Source: Candidatus Kerfeldbacteria bacterium
Lineage (GTDB): Bacteria > Patescibacteriota > Patescibacteriia > SBBC01 > CAIJZX01
Direction of reading: 5' to 3'
Assembly: GCA_016193315.1 (NCBI GenBank)
Contig: JACPSJ010000004.1
Span: forward strand, 65,708 to 129,707
DNA: 64,000 bases
Below, piece by piece: positions 40,093 through 49,257 of this stretch (position 1 is its first letter; every line of letters begins with the position of its first letter). The notes under the pieces are model-generated. The model saw only the letters and a program-made list of their open reading frames with translations. It made no database searches and was not told the DNA's origin. A program made the position numbers and the translations under genes.

Positions 40093-41172
40093 ATGTCCTT
40101 CTCAGTTGGCATCGTCGGCCTGCCCAACGTCGGCAAATCATCACTCTTCCAGGCCCTGACGAAAAAACAGGTTGATACGTCCAATTACCCGTTCGCGACC
40201 ATCGACCCCAACGTCGGTGTGGTGGCCGTGCCAGATGAGCGGTTGGAGCGATTGACGGCCCTGGAACATTCTGCCAAAACCGTACCCACGACGATCGAGT
40301 TCGTCGACATCGCCGGCTTGGTGAAGGGGGCCCACCAGGGTGAAGGACTCGGAAACAAGTTTCTATCACACGTCCGCGAGGTTGACGCCATTGTTGAGGT
40401 GGTGAGGGCCTTTGACGATCCGAACGTCATCCATGTCGCCGGCCAGGTCAACCCGCAGTCCGACGTCGAGACCATTGGCATCGAACTGGCCATGGCTGAC
40501 TTGGGGGTGGTCGACCGACGCCTGGCCAACATCGGCCTGGAGAAGAAAGCGGGTCTGACAAAAACTCTGGCGGCGGAGCTGGCACTGATGGAAAAACTCC
40601 GCCATCACCTGTCCGACGGGCATCCGATACGTAATTTGCTATTCACCGACGATGAACAGCTCCGGCTGAAACCTTTCAACCTGCTGACGGAAAAGCCGCT
40701 CCTCTATGTGCTGAACGTCAGCGAAGAACAGGTCAAAACGGCGGCGGCTTCCGCCTTTGGCTTACCGGCCGACCGCACCATCATCATGGCAGTCAAGACC
40801 GAACAGGAACTAGTGGACTTGCCCCCGGCGGAAGCCGCCGCCTATCTGAGGGAACTCGGCCTCAAACAATCCGGCCTTGATCGGCTCGTCGCCGCTGCTT
40901 ATCACGCGCTGCGTCTGGTCACTTTCCTTACCACCGGCCCCGATGAAACCCGGGCTTGGACCGTACCGGCTGGGACAAAATCGCCGGCCGCGGCCGGCGT
41001 CATCCACACTGACTTTGCCAAGCATTTCGTTCGGGCGGAAATCGTCAACTACGGTGGCCTGATTGCAGCCGGGTCATGGGAAGGAGCGAAAAAATCCGGT
41101 CAGCTGAGGATTGAGGGAAAGGAGTATGAAATACGGGATGGCGATGTAGTCTACTTTCGGACCACGGCCTAA
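40093..41172 (+). CDS. ychF: ribosome-binding ATPase YchF (Obg-family GTPase)
   Basis: 359 aa with the G1 motif GIVGLPNVGKSSLF and a C-terminal TGS domain. Confidence 0.95.
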   Translation: MSFSVGIVGLPNVGKSSLFQALTKKQVDTSNYPFATIDPNVGVVAVPDERLERLTALEHSAKTVPTTIEFVDIAGLVKGAHQGEGLGNKFLSHVREVDAIVEVVRAFDDPNVIHVAGQVNPQSDVETIGIELAMADLGVVDRRLANIGLEKKAGLTKTLAAELALMEKLRHHLSDGHPIRNLLFTDDEQLRLKPFNLLTEKPLLYVLNVSEEQVKTAAASAFGLPADRTIIMAVKTEQELVDLPPAEAAAYLRELGLKQSGLDRLVAAAYHALRLVTFLTTGPDETRAWTVPAGTKSPAAAGVIHTDFAKHFVRAEIVNYGGLIAAGSWEGAKKSGQLRIEGKEYEIRDGDVVYFRTTA

Positions 41173-42377
41173 CGTTTTATCCACTTCCGGATCTGCCGCC
41201 GCAGACGAGCATCGGATCGTCCGTAGGACAAAACAAATCGATCGGTCACGCCAAGTACTCGCGCTGTTTCACTGCTCAGCAATGGGATTGGCTCGAATCC
41301 GAGGCTAGCCACGGCCTCGGCAATGTTCGGTCTGGATGGCTTTCCATTGATTGAGAACTCCGGCCAAATCATCACTACCCTACATCCAGCCGAGAGTGTT
41401 TTTGCCCACTGTTGAAAACTTTCCAGATACAGCCGTCCCAAGCGCCGCAATTGATCACTGAGAAATGCGGGTGTCTCTCGCCCGCGGAGGGCCGGGCCGA
41501 GATCCGGCTCAGTGACAATTACCGTCGGCCTGATCGTTGGGTGCCGGGCGTCTTGGAGGATGATGTCGACCGAGCCTTGGAGGTGCGGAAACTCCTTGAA
41601 TAGCCAGCGGATGTTTTCCTGCGCATTCTTGACGGCCCGCTGATTCGTGTCGTACCCGTGGAGCCGGCGCACACCCAACAATAGAGCTTCCTGGAGAATA
41701 GTCCCGGAACAGCAGAACGGATCAAGAAGTATGTCGTCTGGTTGAACCTGTGCGATGTTGAGCATCATCTGCGCCAACTTTGGCGGCACCATCCCACTCT
41801 TGGGATCGGCCGCCGGCCGGCCGTAGTCGCGAAGGCTGTACGCGCGATAGTCTTGGACGGCGATGGTCGCGCCGATGGCGGTGTATTGCTGGCCGCGGTA
41901 GATGACAATTTCTCGACCGCGCTTGAGCAACCCTTGGCGCACGACGGTCACGGCCGACAGCTGCGGTTCGCGCGAAGTCACCAGGCGGACCGGCCGGCCG
42001 GCGGCCGTCAATTCTTTCTTCAAACCAAAGAAGTGTCTCTGCGCTGCCTGGCGTTCGGCCCTCGAAACACCGTAAACGCTAACCCCAAAATCACCCCGAC
42101 CATCTGGTAGCTGCGATTGCAGCCACTCGGCCGTACAAACTCGTTTGACGTCGGCCAGGAAATCCCCAGTTTTGGTAACGCATTCCTCCACGCTCGCCAG
42201 TTTAACTGTCCCGCCTAAGCGGTCTACCGTGCCGGGCGGAAGGTTCTTTGATGATCTTACTAAAGCGACTTCCGGATGAACCGCTAACGGCGTTGCCTGC
42301 CACCCTCCTAAACGGGCTTCGATTTCCGCCACCGACAGCGCTGGTTCGCGGCCAAGGACAAAGAGGGTATCTGCCAT
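41169..42377 (-). CDS. THUMP-domain class I SAM-dependent RNA methyltransferase (COG0116/UPF0020-like)
   Basis: About 403 aa from ATG 42377 (MADTLFVLGREPALSV). SAM motif I is LLDPFCCSGTILQEA, close to the DPFCGSGT of RlmL/Trm14-type enzymes. The listed 460-aa ORF has a non-protein-like 58-aa extension. Confidence 0.65.
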   Translation of the reverse strand: MADTLFVLGREPALSVAEIEARLGGWQATPLAVHPEVALVRSSKNLPPGTVDRLGGTVKLASVEECVTKTGDFLADVKRVCTAEWLQSQLPDGRGDFGVSVYGVSRAERQAAQRHFFGLKKELTAAGRPVRLVTSREPQLSAVTVVRQGLLKRGREIVIYRGQQYTAIGATIAVQDYRAYSLRDYGRPAADPKSGMVPPKLAQMMLNIAQVQPDDILLDPFCCSGTILQEALLLGVRRLHGYDTNQRAVKNAQENIRWLFKEFPHLQGSVDIILQDARHPTIRPTVIVTEPDLGPALRGRETPAFLSDQLRRLGRLYLESFQQWAKTLSAGCRVVMIWPEFSINGKPSRPNIAEAVASLGFEPIPLLSSETARVLGVTDRFVLSYGRSDARLRRQIRKWIKR

Positions 42378-42409
42378 AGGGTCATGGTACCTAATAAAAA
42401 CCCCCATTC

Positions 42410-42755
42410 CTAGACCGGAACAGGGAGATTCTCGGCATCGATCGGCGGCTGCCAACCACGCTCTCTGGCGACCGTTTCCAGATGTATCAGCAGGTCGCCG
42501 ACGCTCCGCAAACGGCTGGTGACCGGCAGGCGAAGCTGGCAGGTAGGGCAAAGAAGAACAGCGTGCGTACTCGATGCCCGGCGGAGCGAAATCACTCCCT
42601 CGCAGACAGCATGGATACCAATCGACATGACCTGTTCGCCGTGGCGAGGAAAAGCTAATTCCTTACCAACCTCCCAGCCACGAACTTTGAGCGCTTCGCC
42701 GAATTCGGTTAAAACTACCACATAGGTTTGACGAGGATCGAAACCTTCAATGGTC
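42410..42755 (-). CDS. hypothetical small protein with a CPTC motif
   Basis: 115 aa from ATG 42755 (MTIEGFDPRQTYVVVLTEFG...LLCPTCQLRLPV). Confidence 0.3.
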
Positions 42756-42941
42756 ATGGCTATTCTCCAATGTGAAAGGGCCTGTGTCAACCCTAGACGC
42801 CGCCAGGTGGCTTGTCAATACTTGCCAGAAAAATGGCATTATGGTAAGTTCTGATCGCGATGGATCTGCTCTGAACCTTGGGTTTCAGGGCCCCCGAAAC
42901 TTTTTTTCGGGGTCCGAAAAGACATCATTTTTTGTTACCCC

Positions 42942-43436
42942 ATGAACCAACCATACGAAATGCTCTACATCATCCCCGGCAGCAAGACCGAGGAAGAAGC
43001 CAAGCAGGTGGCCGAAAGAATCCAGCAGCTGCTGCGTGACCAGGGAGCGACCATCAGCAAACAAGACTTCTGGGGCAAGCGTCGACTGGCCTACGAAATA
43101 CGACGTGCTCGGCAGGGATTTTATGACTACCTCGAGTTCGATCTTGACAGTCAAGCCCTGGCTCCCCTCGAACGGGCCCTGGGTCTCAACGAAGACGTGC
43201 TCCGGTACCAAGTGCTCCGTCGGATTGTCAAGACGCCGGAGCAGCTGGCCGCCGATCAACAACTGCGCGAACGGATCGCCGCTCGCCGCCAGGCGGAAAA
43301 AGAACGTCATACCGCGGCGGCCATGGCCACCGAGGCGCCACCGCCAACCCCCAGTGCGCCCGCCCCTCAAGTCAGCGGTCAAGAACTAGAGAAGAAACTT
43401 GAGGAGATTCTCGAGGAAGAGAAGGTTGACGTCTAA
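42942..43436 (+). CDS. rpsF: 30S ribosomal protein S6 with a long C-terminal extension
   Basis: MLYIIPGSKTEEEAKQVAERIQQLL...FWGKRRLAYEIRRARQGFY is the S6 core. An A/P/E-rich tail of about 65 aa follows. Confidence 0.9.
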   Translation: MNQPYEMLYIIPGSKTEEEAKQVAERIQQLLRDQGATISKQDFWGKRRLAYEIRRARQGFYDYLEFDLDSQALAPLERALGLNEDVLRYQVLRRIVKTPEQLAADQQLRERIAARRQAEKERHTAAAMATEAPPPTPSAPAPQVSGQELEKKLEEILEEEKVDV

Positions 43437-43460
43437 TCTCACTCACTAACTTCACCCGCT

Positions 43461-43886
43461 ATGAGTTTTAGTCTCAATCGCGCCACCATCATTGGCAATT
43501 TGACTCGCGATCCGGAATCACGGACTACCAACACTGGTCAAAATGTCGTCTCGTTTGGCGTGGCCACCTCGCGACGATGGAAAGATCAGGCCTCCGGCGA
43601 AATGAAGGAGGCCACCGAGTTTCATAATTGCGTGGCTTGGGCCAAACTGGCCCAGACCATCGCGACCTACTGCCATAAGGGCAGCAAGGTCTACGTCGAA
43701 GGACGACTCCAAACTCGGTCGTGGGACGATCCGACCGGGGTCAAGAAATATCGGACCGAAATCGTGGCTGACAACCTGATCATGCTTGACCGTAAAGGCG
43801 ATACTTCAGCGGCGCCGCCTCAAGCCGCCACCAAAAAAGAGGCCCCGGCCGAGGAAGAAATTAACATCGAGGACATTCCCTTCTAA
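43461..43886 (+). CDS. ssb: single-stranded DNA-binding protein
   Basis: OB fold (LNRATIIGNLTRDPESRTTNTGQNVVSFGVAT) with a C-terminal acidic DIPF tail. Confidence 0.9.
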   Translation: MSFSLNRATIIGNLTRDPESRTTNTGQNVVSFGVATSRRWKDQASGEMKEATEFHNCVAWAKLAQTIATYCHKGSKVYVEGRLQTRSWDDPTGVKKYRTEIVADNLIMLDRKGDTSAAPPQAATKKEAPAEEEINIEDIPF

Positions 43887-43891
43887 CCCCC

Positions 43892-44128
43892 ATGCGCCCC
43901 CGTACGGCCGCCCCTCAACCAATCAAGGAACGGAGTTGCTATCTTTGCACACACGCCCTCGAGGACATTGACTACAAAGACCTCCATCTAATCCAGCGCT
44001 TCACTACCGCCTACGGAAAAATTGTCCCCCGCCGTCGGAGCGGCGCCTGCATGCGCCATCAGCGAACGGTCAGCCAAGCCATCAAGCGGGCGCGGATTAT
44101 GGCTCTGTTGCCGTTTGTCGTCCGCTAA
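43892..44128 (+). CDS. rpsR: 30S ribosomal protein S18
   Basis: 78 aa with CYLCTHALEDIDYKDLHLIQRFTTAYGKIVPRRRSG. Canonical rpsF-ssb-rpsR order. Confidence 0.9.
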   Translation: MRPRTAAPQPIKERSCYLCTHALEDIDYKDLHLIQRFTTAYGKIVPRRRSGACMRHQRTVSQAIKRARIMALLPFVVR

Positions 44129-44169
44129 CTCCCTACCTCCAACCTCTTACCTCCTACTTCCAACCTCCG

Positions 44170-44730
44170 ATGTTGGAAATGAATGACATCCGGATCGGCA
44201 CACTGGTCAAGCTTAACGACCAGCCCTACATCTGCCTGTGGTCGGATTTTATGCGGACCGCCCAACGAAAGCCGGTCCGCCGCACCAAGCTCAAGAATCT
44301 CATCACCGGTAACGTTCTCGAGCAAACTTTCAAGCCGGGTGACAAGGTTGAGGAAGCAGATGTCGAACGCGCGAAAGCAAGCTTCCTCTACGCCGATGAT
44401 CGGCAGGTATTCTTTATGGATAGCCAAAATTACGACCAGCTGGCTTTAGATCGCGAACCAATTCAGCCGCGGCTCGACTTTCTGAAAGCAGGCCAAGAAT
44501 ATACCGTCGTTACTTTTGAGGGTCGGCCGATCACCCTTGAACTGCCGAAAAAAGTGGAACTGAAAGTAACTGCCACCGCGGAAGGTGTCCGTGGCGACAC
44601 CGCCCAGGGTTCAGTCATGAAAGAAGCCACCGTCGAGACCGGCTACACGCTCAAGGTGCCGCTGTTCATTAAACAGGGCGATGCTATTCGTATTAATACT
44701 GAAACCGGCGATTATGTTGAGCGGGCGTAA
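44170..44730 (+). CDS. efp: elongation factor P
   Basis: 186 aa with three OB/KOW-like domains and a C-terminal PLFIKQGDAIRINTETGDYVERA. Confidence 0.95.
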   Translation: MLEMNDIRIGTLVKLNDQPYICLWSDFMRTAQRKPVRRTKLKNLITGNVLEQTFKPGDKVEEADVERAKASFLYADDRQVFFMDSQNYDQLALDREPIQPRLDFLKAGQEYTVVTFEGRPITLELPKKVELKVTATAEGVRGDTAQGSVMKEATVETGYTLKVPLFIKQGDAIRINTETGDYVERA

Positions 44731-44773
44731 CTTGTGACATCACTTCAGTCGGGTAAATCAGCAACCCTAGCGC

Positions 44774-45601
44774 CTAGCGGGAGAATACTTGGTTGGGTGT
44801 TGACCCGAATGATTTCTTGCTCCAGGCCAACAACAGAGCGGCCGTCGGCACGATAACGATCGTGTACGGGATGGTGACTGTTTCCAGGCCGGGCCAGAAG
44901 CGGTAAAAGAATCGAAACATTCCGATCATGGCGGCGCCGATGAACGCCAATCGTTGGTGTCGAAAAATCACCAACACGCCAACCGCCCAGGCGCCGATGA
45001 AGAAATCGCCGATACCGAGAGAATAATCCCCAAAGGCAAAGATGCCGTCATAGTGTAGCTGGGGTAGCTGGCTGGTTTTGTCGCTGGCGGAACCCGTGCT
45101 CGGTGTCAACCAAATGTTGTAAATATCCATCAACATCATCATCGTTAGGAGGACAAGATGCCCGCCCAGAGGGAGTCGCAAGATCTTCGTCACCGCGAGA
45201 CCGACCCACAGGAGCGAGACGGCCATGACGATCATCTCCACCAGGGATCCTGGCACGAACCAGCCAACGAGCGTGCCAACGATAGTACACGCCAGGCTGA
45301 CCACCACCCGGGTGCTGATCTGGGCGGCCGGCAGAACTAAAAAGGCGGTCAAGAATACCCCGCCGGCGGTCAGCAACAGATTGAGGGTGGTCAAACGATC
45401 CCGGTCGCCATGCGCCAGAACCAGGGTCATCACGGCGGACACCATCACCACCAGCAGTCCGCTGACCGTTACCAGGCGCAATCGATCGGCCGCCAGCGGG
45501 CGCTTGGATTGGATCCCGGCTAACGTCCCACGCTCGGTAACCCAGGCGCTCAGCATCAAGAAGACCACGTAAAATACGGACAACCACCAGGAATCAGCCA
45601 T
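44774..45601 (-). CDS. polytopic membrane protein, possible GxGD-type intramembrane aspartyl protease (prepilin-peptidase/presenilin-like)
   Basis: 275 aa with 7-8 TM helices. LMDIYNIW (YD-like) and LGIGDFFIGAWAVG (GxGD) sit in separate TM segments. Assignment is tentative. Confidence 0.35.
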   Translation of the reverse strand: MADSWWLSVFYVVFLMLSAWVTERGTLAGIQSKRPLAADRLRLVTVSGLLVVMVSAVMTLVLAHGDRDRLTTLNLLLTAGGVFLTAFLVLPAAQISTRVVVSLACTIVGTLVGWFVPGSLVEMIVMAVSLLWVGLAVTKILRLPLGGHLVLLTMMMLMDIYNIWLTPSTGSASDKTSQLPQLHYDGIFAFGDYSLGIGDFFIGAWAVGVLVIFRHQRLAFIGAAMIGMFRFFYRFWPGLETVTIPYTIVIVPTAALLLAWSKKSFGSTPNQVFSR

Positions 45602-45653
45602 CGTCTTCCTTCCTCATTAAGACTGGGTCTGACGGCCAGTGATTCAACGATAC

Positions 45654-46751
45654 CTACGCCCCACCGGGTACGGTGACAGGCGATCGCGTTTCGTCTTGAC
45701 CTTGCTGCTCCTTAGCCTGGGACAAAACTTTTCGCCGTAATTCTTGGACTAACGACGGATGATCACGGAGGTAGTCAATGCCGGCCTGTCTTCCAATGCC
45801 AAGTTTGACCTCTCCCAGGCTGACCGTATTACCGCTTTTCTGAAGCCGGCCGTACTGGAGAGCGGTGTCGAGAACATCGCCGGCCATGGAGATGCCTTGA
45901 TTGTAGAGAATGTCGAATTCCGCGGTGCGGAACGGGGCGGCGACCTTATTCTTCACCACTTTGGCTTTGGTGCGGTTACCAATAATCCGGTCACCTTGTT
46001 TCAGCTGGCCGATGCGGCGAACTTCAATCCGTACCGAGGAGTAAAACTTCAGCGCGGTGCCGCCGGTCGTTGTCTCCGGGTTGCCGAAAAAGACACCAAT
46101 TTTCATTCGTGTCTGATTTATGAAAATCACGATCGTCTTGGTCTTGGCCACAATGGCCGTCAGTTTGCGCAATGCCTGCGACATCAACCGGGCCTGCAAA
46201 CCCATATGTTGATCGCCCATTTCGCCTTCGATTTCCGCTTTCGGAGTCAACGCCGCCACTGAATCAATCACTACCACGTCAACGGCGTTTGATCGCACCA
46301 GCGTCTCAACGATTTCTAGGGCCTGCTCGCCCGAGTCCGGTTGTGAGATCAGGAGATTGTCGACATCCACCCCAAGCCGGCGCGAATAGTTTGGATCAAG
46401 GGCGTGTTCGGCATCGACAAAAGCCGCCGTCCCGCCCGTCTTCTGCACTTCAGCAATAACATGCTGCGCCAAGGTCGTTTTTCCGGAAGCTTCCGGACCG
46501 AAAATTTCCACCACCCGGCCGCGCGGCAAACCGCCGACGCCGAGCGCAATGTCCAACGACAAACAGCCGGTCGAGACCACGTCGACGTCTTGCGCCTTGA
46601 CCTCACTGTACTTCATGATTGAGCCTTCGCCGAACCGCTCGCGAATATGCTCAATCGCGGCCAGGGCGGCCTGACTCTTCGAACTACCAGCCATGCTGGA
46701 TTTCTTGGTCTTCACCATATCTTGTTCCTTTCTCCGCTCGATTTCCCACAT
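45654..46751 (-). CDS. recA: recombinase RecA
   Basis: 365 aa with [15 protein letters not shown], Walker A ([11 protein letters not shown]) and L1/L2 loops. The true start may be an internal Met (MVKTKK or MAGSSK). Confidence 0.95.
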   Translation of the reverse strand: MWEIERRKEQDMVKTKKSSMAGSSKSQAALAAIEHIRERFGEGSIMKYSEVKAQDVDVVSTGCLSLDIALGVGGLPRGRVVEIFGPEASGKTTLAQHVIAEVQKTGGTAAFVDAEHALDPNYSRRLGVDVDNLLISQPDSGEQALEIVETLVRSNAVDVVVIDSVAALTPKAEIEGEMGDQHMGLQARLMSQALRKLTAIVAKTKTIVIFINQTRMKIGVFFGNPETTTGGTALKFYSSVRIEVRRIGQLKQGDRIIGNRTKAKVVKNKVAAPFRTAEFDILYNQGISMAGDVLDTALQYGRLQKSGNTVSLGEVKLGIGRQAGIDYLRDHPSLVQELRRKVLSQAKEQQGQDETRSPVTVPGGA

Positions 46752-46991
46752 ATCGGGGACAATCGGGGAATTATGAATACATGCTACCCGAATATTTACC
46801 GAAGGTCAAGACCGAGTTATTCACAGGCCGGTTTCGTCCCCCTGATGCCGTGGTGAGTCTCCCGACCCAGCGGTTGAACGACAGCGCGGTTTACCCACCA
46901 CCACTTTTACCGCTGATTTTCTCGGCGGCGATCAAGCGCCGCGGATTTCGAAGTAACATTATCCTTGAAACGAAGCAAGATAATTAATTTG

Positions 46992-47040
46992 GGTGTAAAG
47001 GTGGTGCTGGGTTGACAAAATCCCATTTTTGCAGTACAGT
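46992..47040 (+). promoter_or_regulatory. sigma-70-like promoter (TTGACA-N17-TACAGT) carrying the same 27-nt upstream element as the secG promoter
   Basis: ggtgtaaaggtggtgctgggTTGACAaaatcccatttttgcagTACAGT, about 120 nt upstream of ORF 47158. Confidence 0.4.
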
Positions 47041-47157
47041 CGCTAGTCGAATCTTCACTCGAGCATTCGGTACTGAAAAACGTATGGAATGTTCTAGTGA
47101 GGAATGGCCTTTCCAGCCATGACGTTCGGACCGCTTTAGGCGGAGAAGGGATATGCC

Positions 47158-47505
47158 GTGGAAACCAAGATGTCGCGCTTCGGGAACAAAGACTTGCCAT
47201 TCGCGGTCATCACCATCACCGTTCCAACCCTCTCGGAGCCGCAGGTCAAGGCGATCATTGATGGCATGGGTTTTCCGACGGGCCAAGTTTCCCCCGAACT
47301 GGAGAGGCTGTCGGTGAACACGGCCGTGCATCAACAGTCGGTCGTGACCACTATCCACTACCGATGCCCATTCCACAGAAAAGGACCTGAGCAGGCATTC
47401 TGGCTGTCAATGCTTATCGGGCAGAGTTTCGACCGTGACACGGAGTCCATCTTCGAAGGAATCAAAGCAGCCCTGTCCGTTTTCGAGCCGCAACCGATCT
47501 CCTGA
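47158..47505 (+). CDS. hypothetical protein (115 aa)
   Basis: GTG start with a GGAGAAGGG SD-like run upstream. No motif recognised. Confidence 0.4.
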   Translation: METKMSRFGNKDLPFAVITITVPTLSEPQVKAIIDGMGFPTGQVSPELERLSVNTAVHQQSVVTTIHYRCPFHRKGPEQAFWLSMLIGQSFDRDTESIFEGIKAALSVFEPQPIS

Positions 47506-47663
47506 GACTCATTAGCACCCCCCAGCTTCACCGGGAGTAGAATAGGTGAGGCTGCCAATCTGCAAAGATTGGCTCCTCGCTCGAGTCTGGCATTAATGCT
47601 AGATTCAAGCGACCGAAACCCGCACCTTCCACCAATCCGCTCTAGGCGGAGGAGACCAGACGG

Positions 47664-48047
47664 ATGTTCAACGTTTCGTTGGCGCTACTCGCCATCGCCG
47701 GGGCCTTGGTCATTTCGGAGACGTATGGCCCGTTCCGGATGATTCCGACGCCGGAGTGGCTGTCGGTTCTGCTGTACAACTGGATCGGCTTCCTGCTGAT
47801 GATCGGGCTGCTGCTGTGGGGCGCCGTCCGGCTGGCCCGGTACGTCCCCAAGAGCGCCAGGGCCCTCGCCGTCAGCCGCTGGTATCTCATTCTGGCCGGC
47901 ATCCCCACCATCATCCTGTACAACTTGCCGCGGTCGGGACTGGCGGAAAACGTCTTTCTGGGGCTCGCTTTCCTCACCATCCACGCGCTGCTGGTCTTCG
48001 GGATCATCCGGCTCTTCCCGCGGGACCTGCTGCTTCGGCCGGTCTAG
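47664..48047 (+). CDS. hypothetical membrane protein (127 aa, 4 TM)
   Basis: Hydrophobic ORF (LALLAIAGALVISETY...WIGFLLMIGLLLWGAV...). Confidence 0.45.
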   Translation: MFNVSLALLAIAGALVISETYGPFRMIPTPEWLSVLLYNWIGFLLMIGLLLWGAVRLARYVPKSARALAVSRWYLILAGIPTIILYNLPRSGLAENVFLGLAFLTIHALLVFGIIRLFPRDLLLRPV

Positions 48048-48103
48048 GCGTGATGGGGTAACGCCACAAGCCACGCTGCGGCCAACCCCAACTGGAGGGA
48101 CGG

Positions 48104-48301
48104 ATGAGACTCGTCAAGACGCGGAAGCCACATCACTGCTGCATCTGTGACCGTGACATCCCAACCGAGTCGAGTTGCTTGTCGCGGAAGCGCCGCGACC
48201 CACAGACCGGCTGGTCCACACAGTACTTCTGCCCTGGGCTGACATGCAGGGTGGAACAAACTGCTGCCTCTGTCACCCAACCGGCAGTGCAACGGGTCTG
48301 A
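48104..48301 (+). CDS. possible small Cys-rich zinc-ribbon-like protein (65 aa)
   Basis: HHCCICDRDI ... FCPGLTC cysteine pairs. It could be spurious. Confidence 0.25.
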   Translation: MRLVKTRKPHHCCICDRDIPTESSCLSRKRRDPQTGWSTQYFCPGLTCRVEQTAASVTQPAVQRV

Positions 48302-48445
48302 GAAGGTACCGATCGCCCAGCGCGATTACCCTTCTCTTTTTTTGTTGAGCATTTCAAGCCCACTCTCTGACTGGATAGCTCAAGCAAGATGCAAGGTTTT
48401 TTTATCTTCCTTGGTCTAACTATAGCCGATACAAAAACACCGGCC

Positions 48446-48826
48446 TCATGGCCGATGTTCGGAAGAAAGTGCTGGCGCCTCGCCGGTCGCTTGCCACCGT
48501 TCGAGAACTGGCTGCCAATCGTCGGGCAGCTGCATCCCGAAGCGCAGGCCCATCTCCGCCAAGATGTCGACAATCTCCCGAAGCGATTTGCGGCCGAAGT
48601 TACGTAACCATAGCATCTCCGCTTCGCGCTTCTGCACGAGGTCGCCGATGGTCCGTATCTCCGCCGCGCGGAGCGCGTTCGCGCTGCGCACGGAAAACTC
48701 GAGTTCCTCGACCGATTTCAGGAGTGCCTGAGCTAGCCGCGGAAACTCAGTCAGGGTGACAGTGGCATCCTGGCCGAAGATGTGAGCCATCACCGGCCCG
48801 GCCGATGCATCCAATGCCGCACCCAA
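48446..48826 (-). CDS. standalone RNA polymerase alpha-subunit C-terminal-domain (alpha-CTD)-like protein
   Basis: 126 aa. [62 protein letters not shown] aligns closely with E. coli alpha-CTD ([59 protein letters not shown]). No alpha N-terminal domain is present upstream. Confidence 0.7.
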   Translation of the reverse strand: MGAALDASAGPVMAHIFGQDATVTLTEFPRLAQALLKSVEELEFSVRSANALRAAEIRTIGDLVQKREAEMLWLRNFGRKSLREIVDILAEMGLRFGMQLPDDWQPVLERWQATGEAPALSSEHRP

Positions 48827-48906
48827 TGCCGCTTGTCGCCGTTCGAGTAGTCAAGGATGACTTTCAGTGATTTGCCCGCTTTTTGGCGAGTTGCTAAGAC
48901 CTCGGC

Positions 48907-49257
48907 ATGCCATCTATTGAGTCAGCTGAAGTCGGCGCAGAACACCTTGGCACTGATGAAGAAGACGGCCAGGCCGAACACGAACAACTGTCTGACCAAG
49001 AAGCGACCGACAAGCTGAAGAACCTCACCGAAGAGCTCGTTGAACGGGGCCAGGCCTCTGAGATGGCTCCGGCCGAGGGACGAAACTTTGAGTGGGAAAT
49101 CACACCAGATGAAGAGCATCCTGAGCAACTCCATCTGGCGATGACCCGCTCAGACGGCACGCGGCTTGATCTCAACCAGTTGTTGCCCGAGGGGTTGGTT
49201 TCCCGCCTGATCGACTGGCCGGCCGCGGCGCCCCCTTGGCGATCTTTCATGAACTAG
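48907..49257 (+). CDS. acidic hypothetical protein; probably the N-terminal part of a frameshifted gene continuing in 49236..49697
   Basis: 116 aa, rich in E and D. It overlaps the next ORF by 22 nt at a CCCCC run (49222-49226). Confidence 0.35.
   Translation: MPSIESAEVGAEHLGTDEEDGQAEHEQLSDQEATDKLKNLTEELVERGQASEMAPAEGRNFEWEITPDEEHPEQLHLAMTRSDGTRLDLNQLLPEGLVSRLIDWPAAAPPWRSFMN

Noticed and set aside
42378-42551. N-terminal 58 aa of the listed 460-aa methyltransferase ORF
   Set aside because: It is non-protein-like and overlaps the separate small ORF 42410..42755 on the same strand. The start was moved to ATG 42377.
46752-47160. LexA/Cheo-type SOS box upstream of recA or uvrA
   Set aside because: I saw no CTGT-N8-ACAG or CGAACRNRYGTTYC palindrome in either upstream region. 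The lineage may lack LexA.
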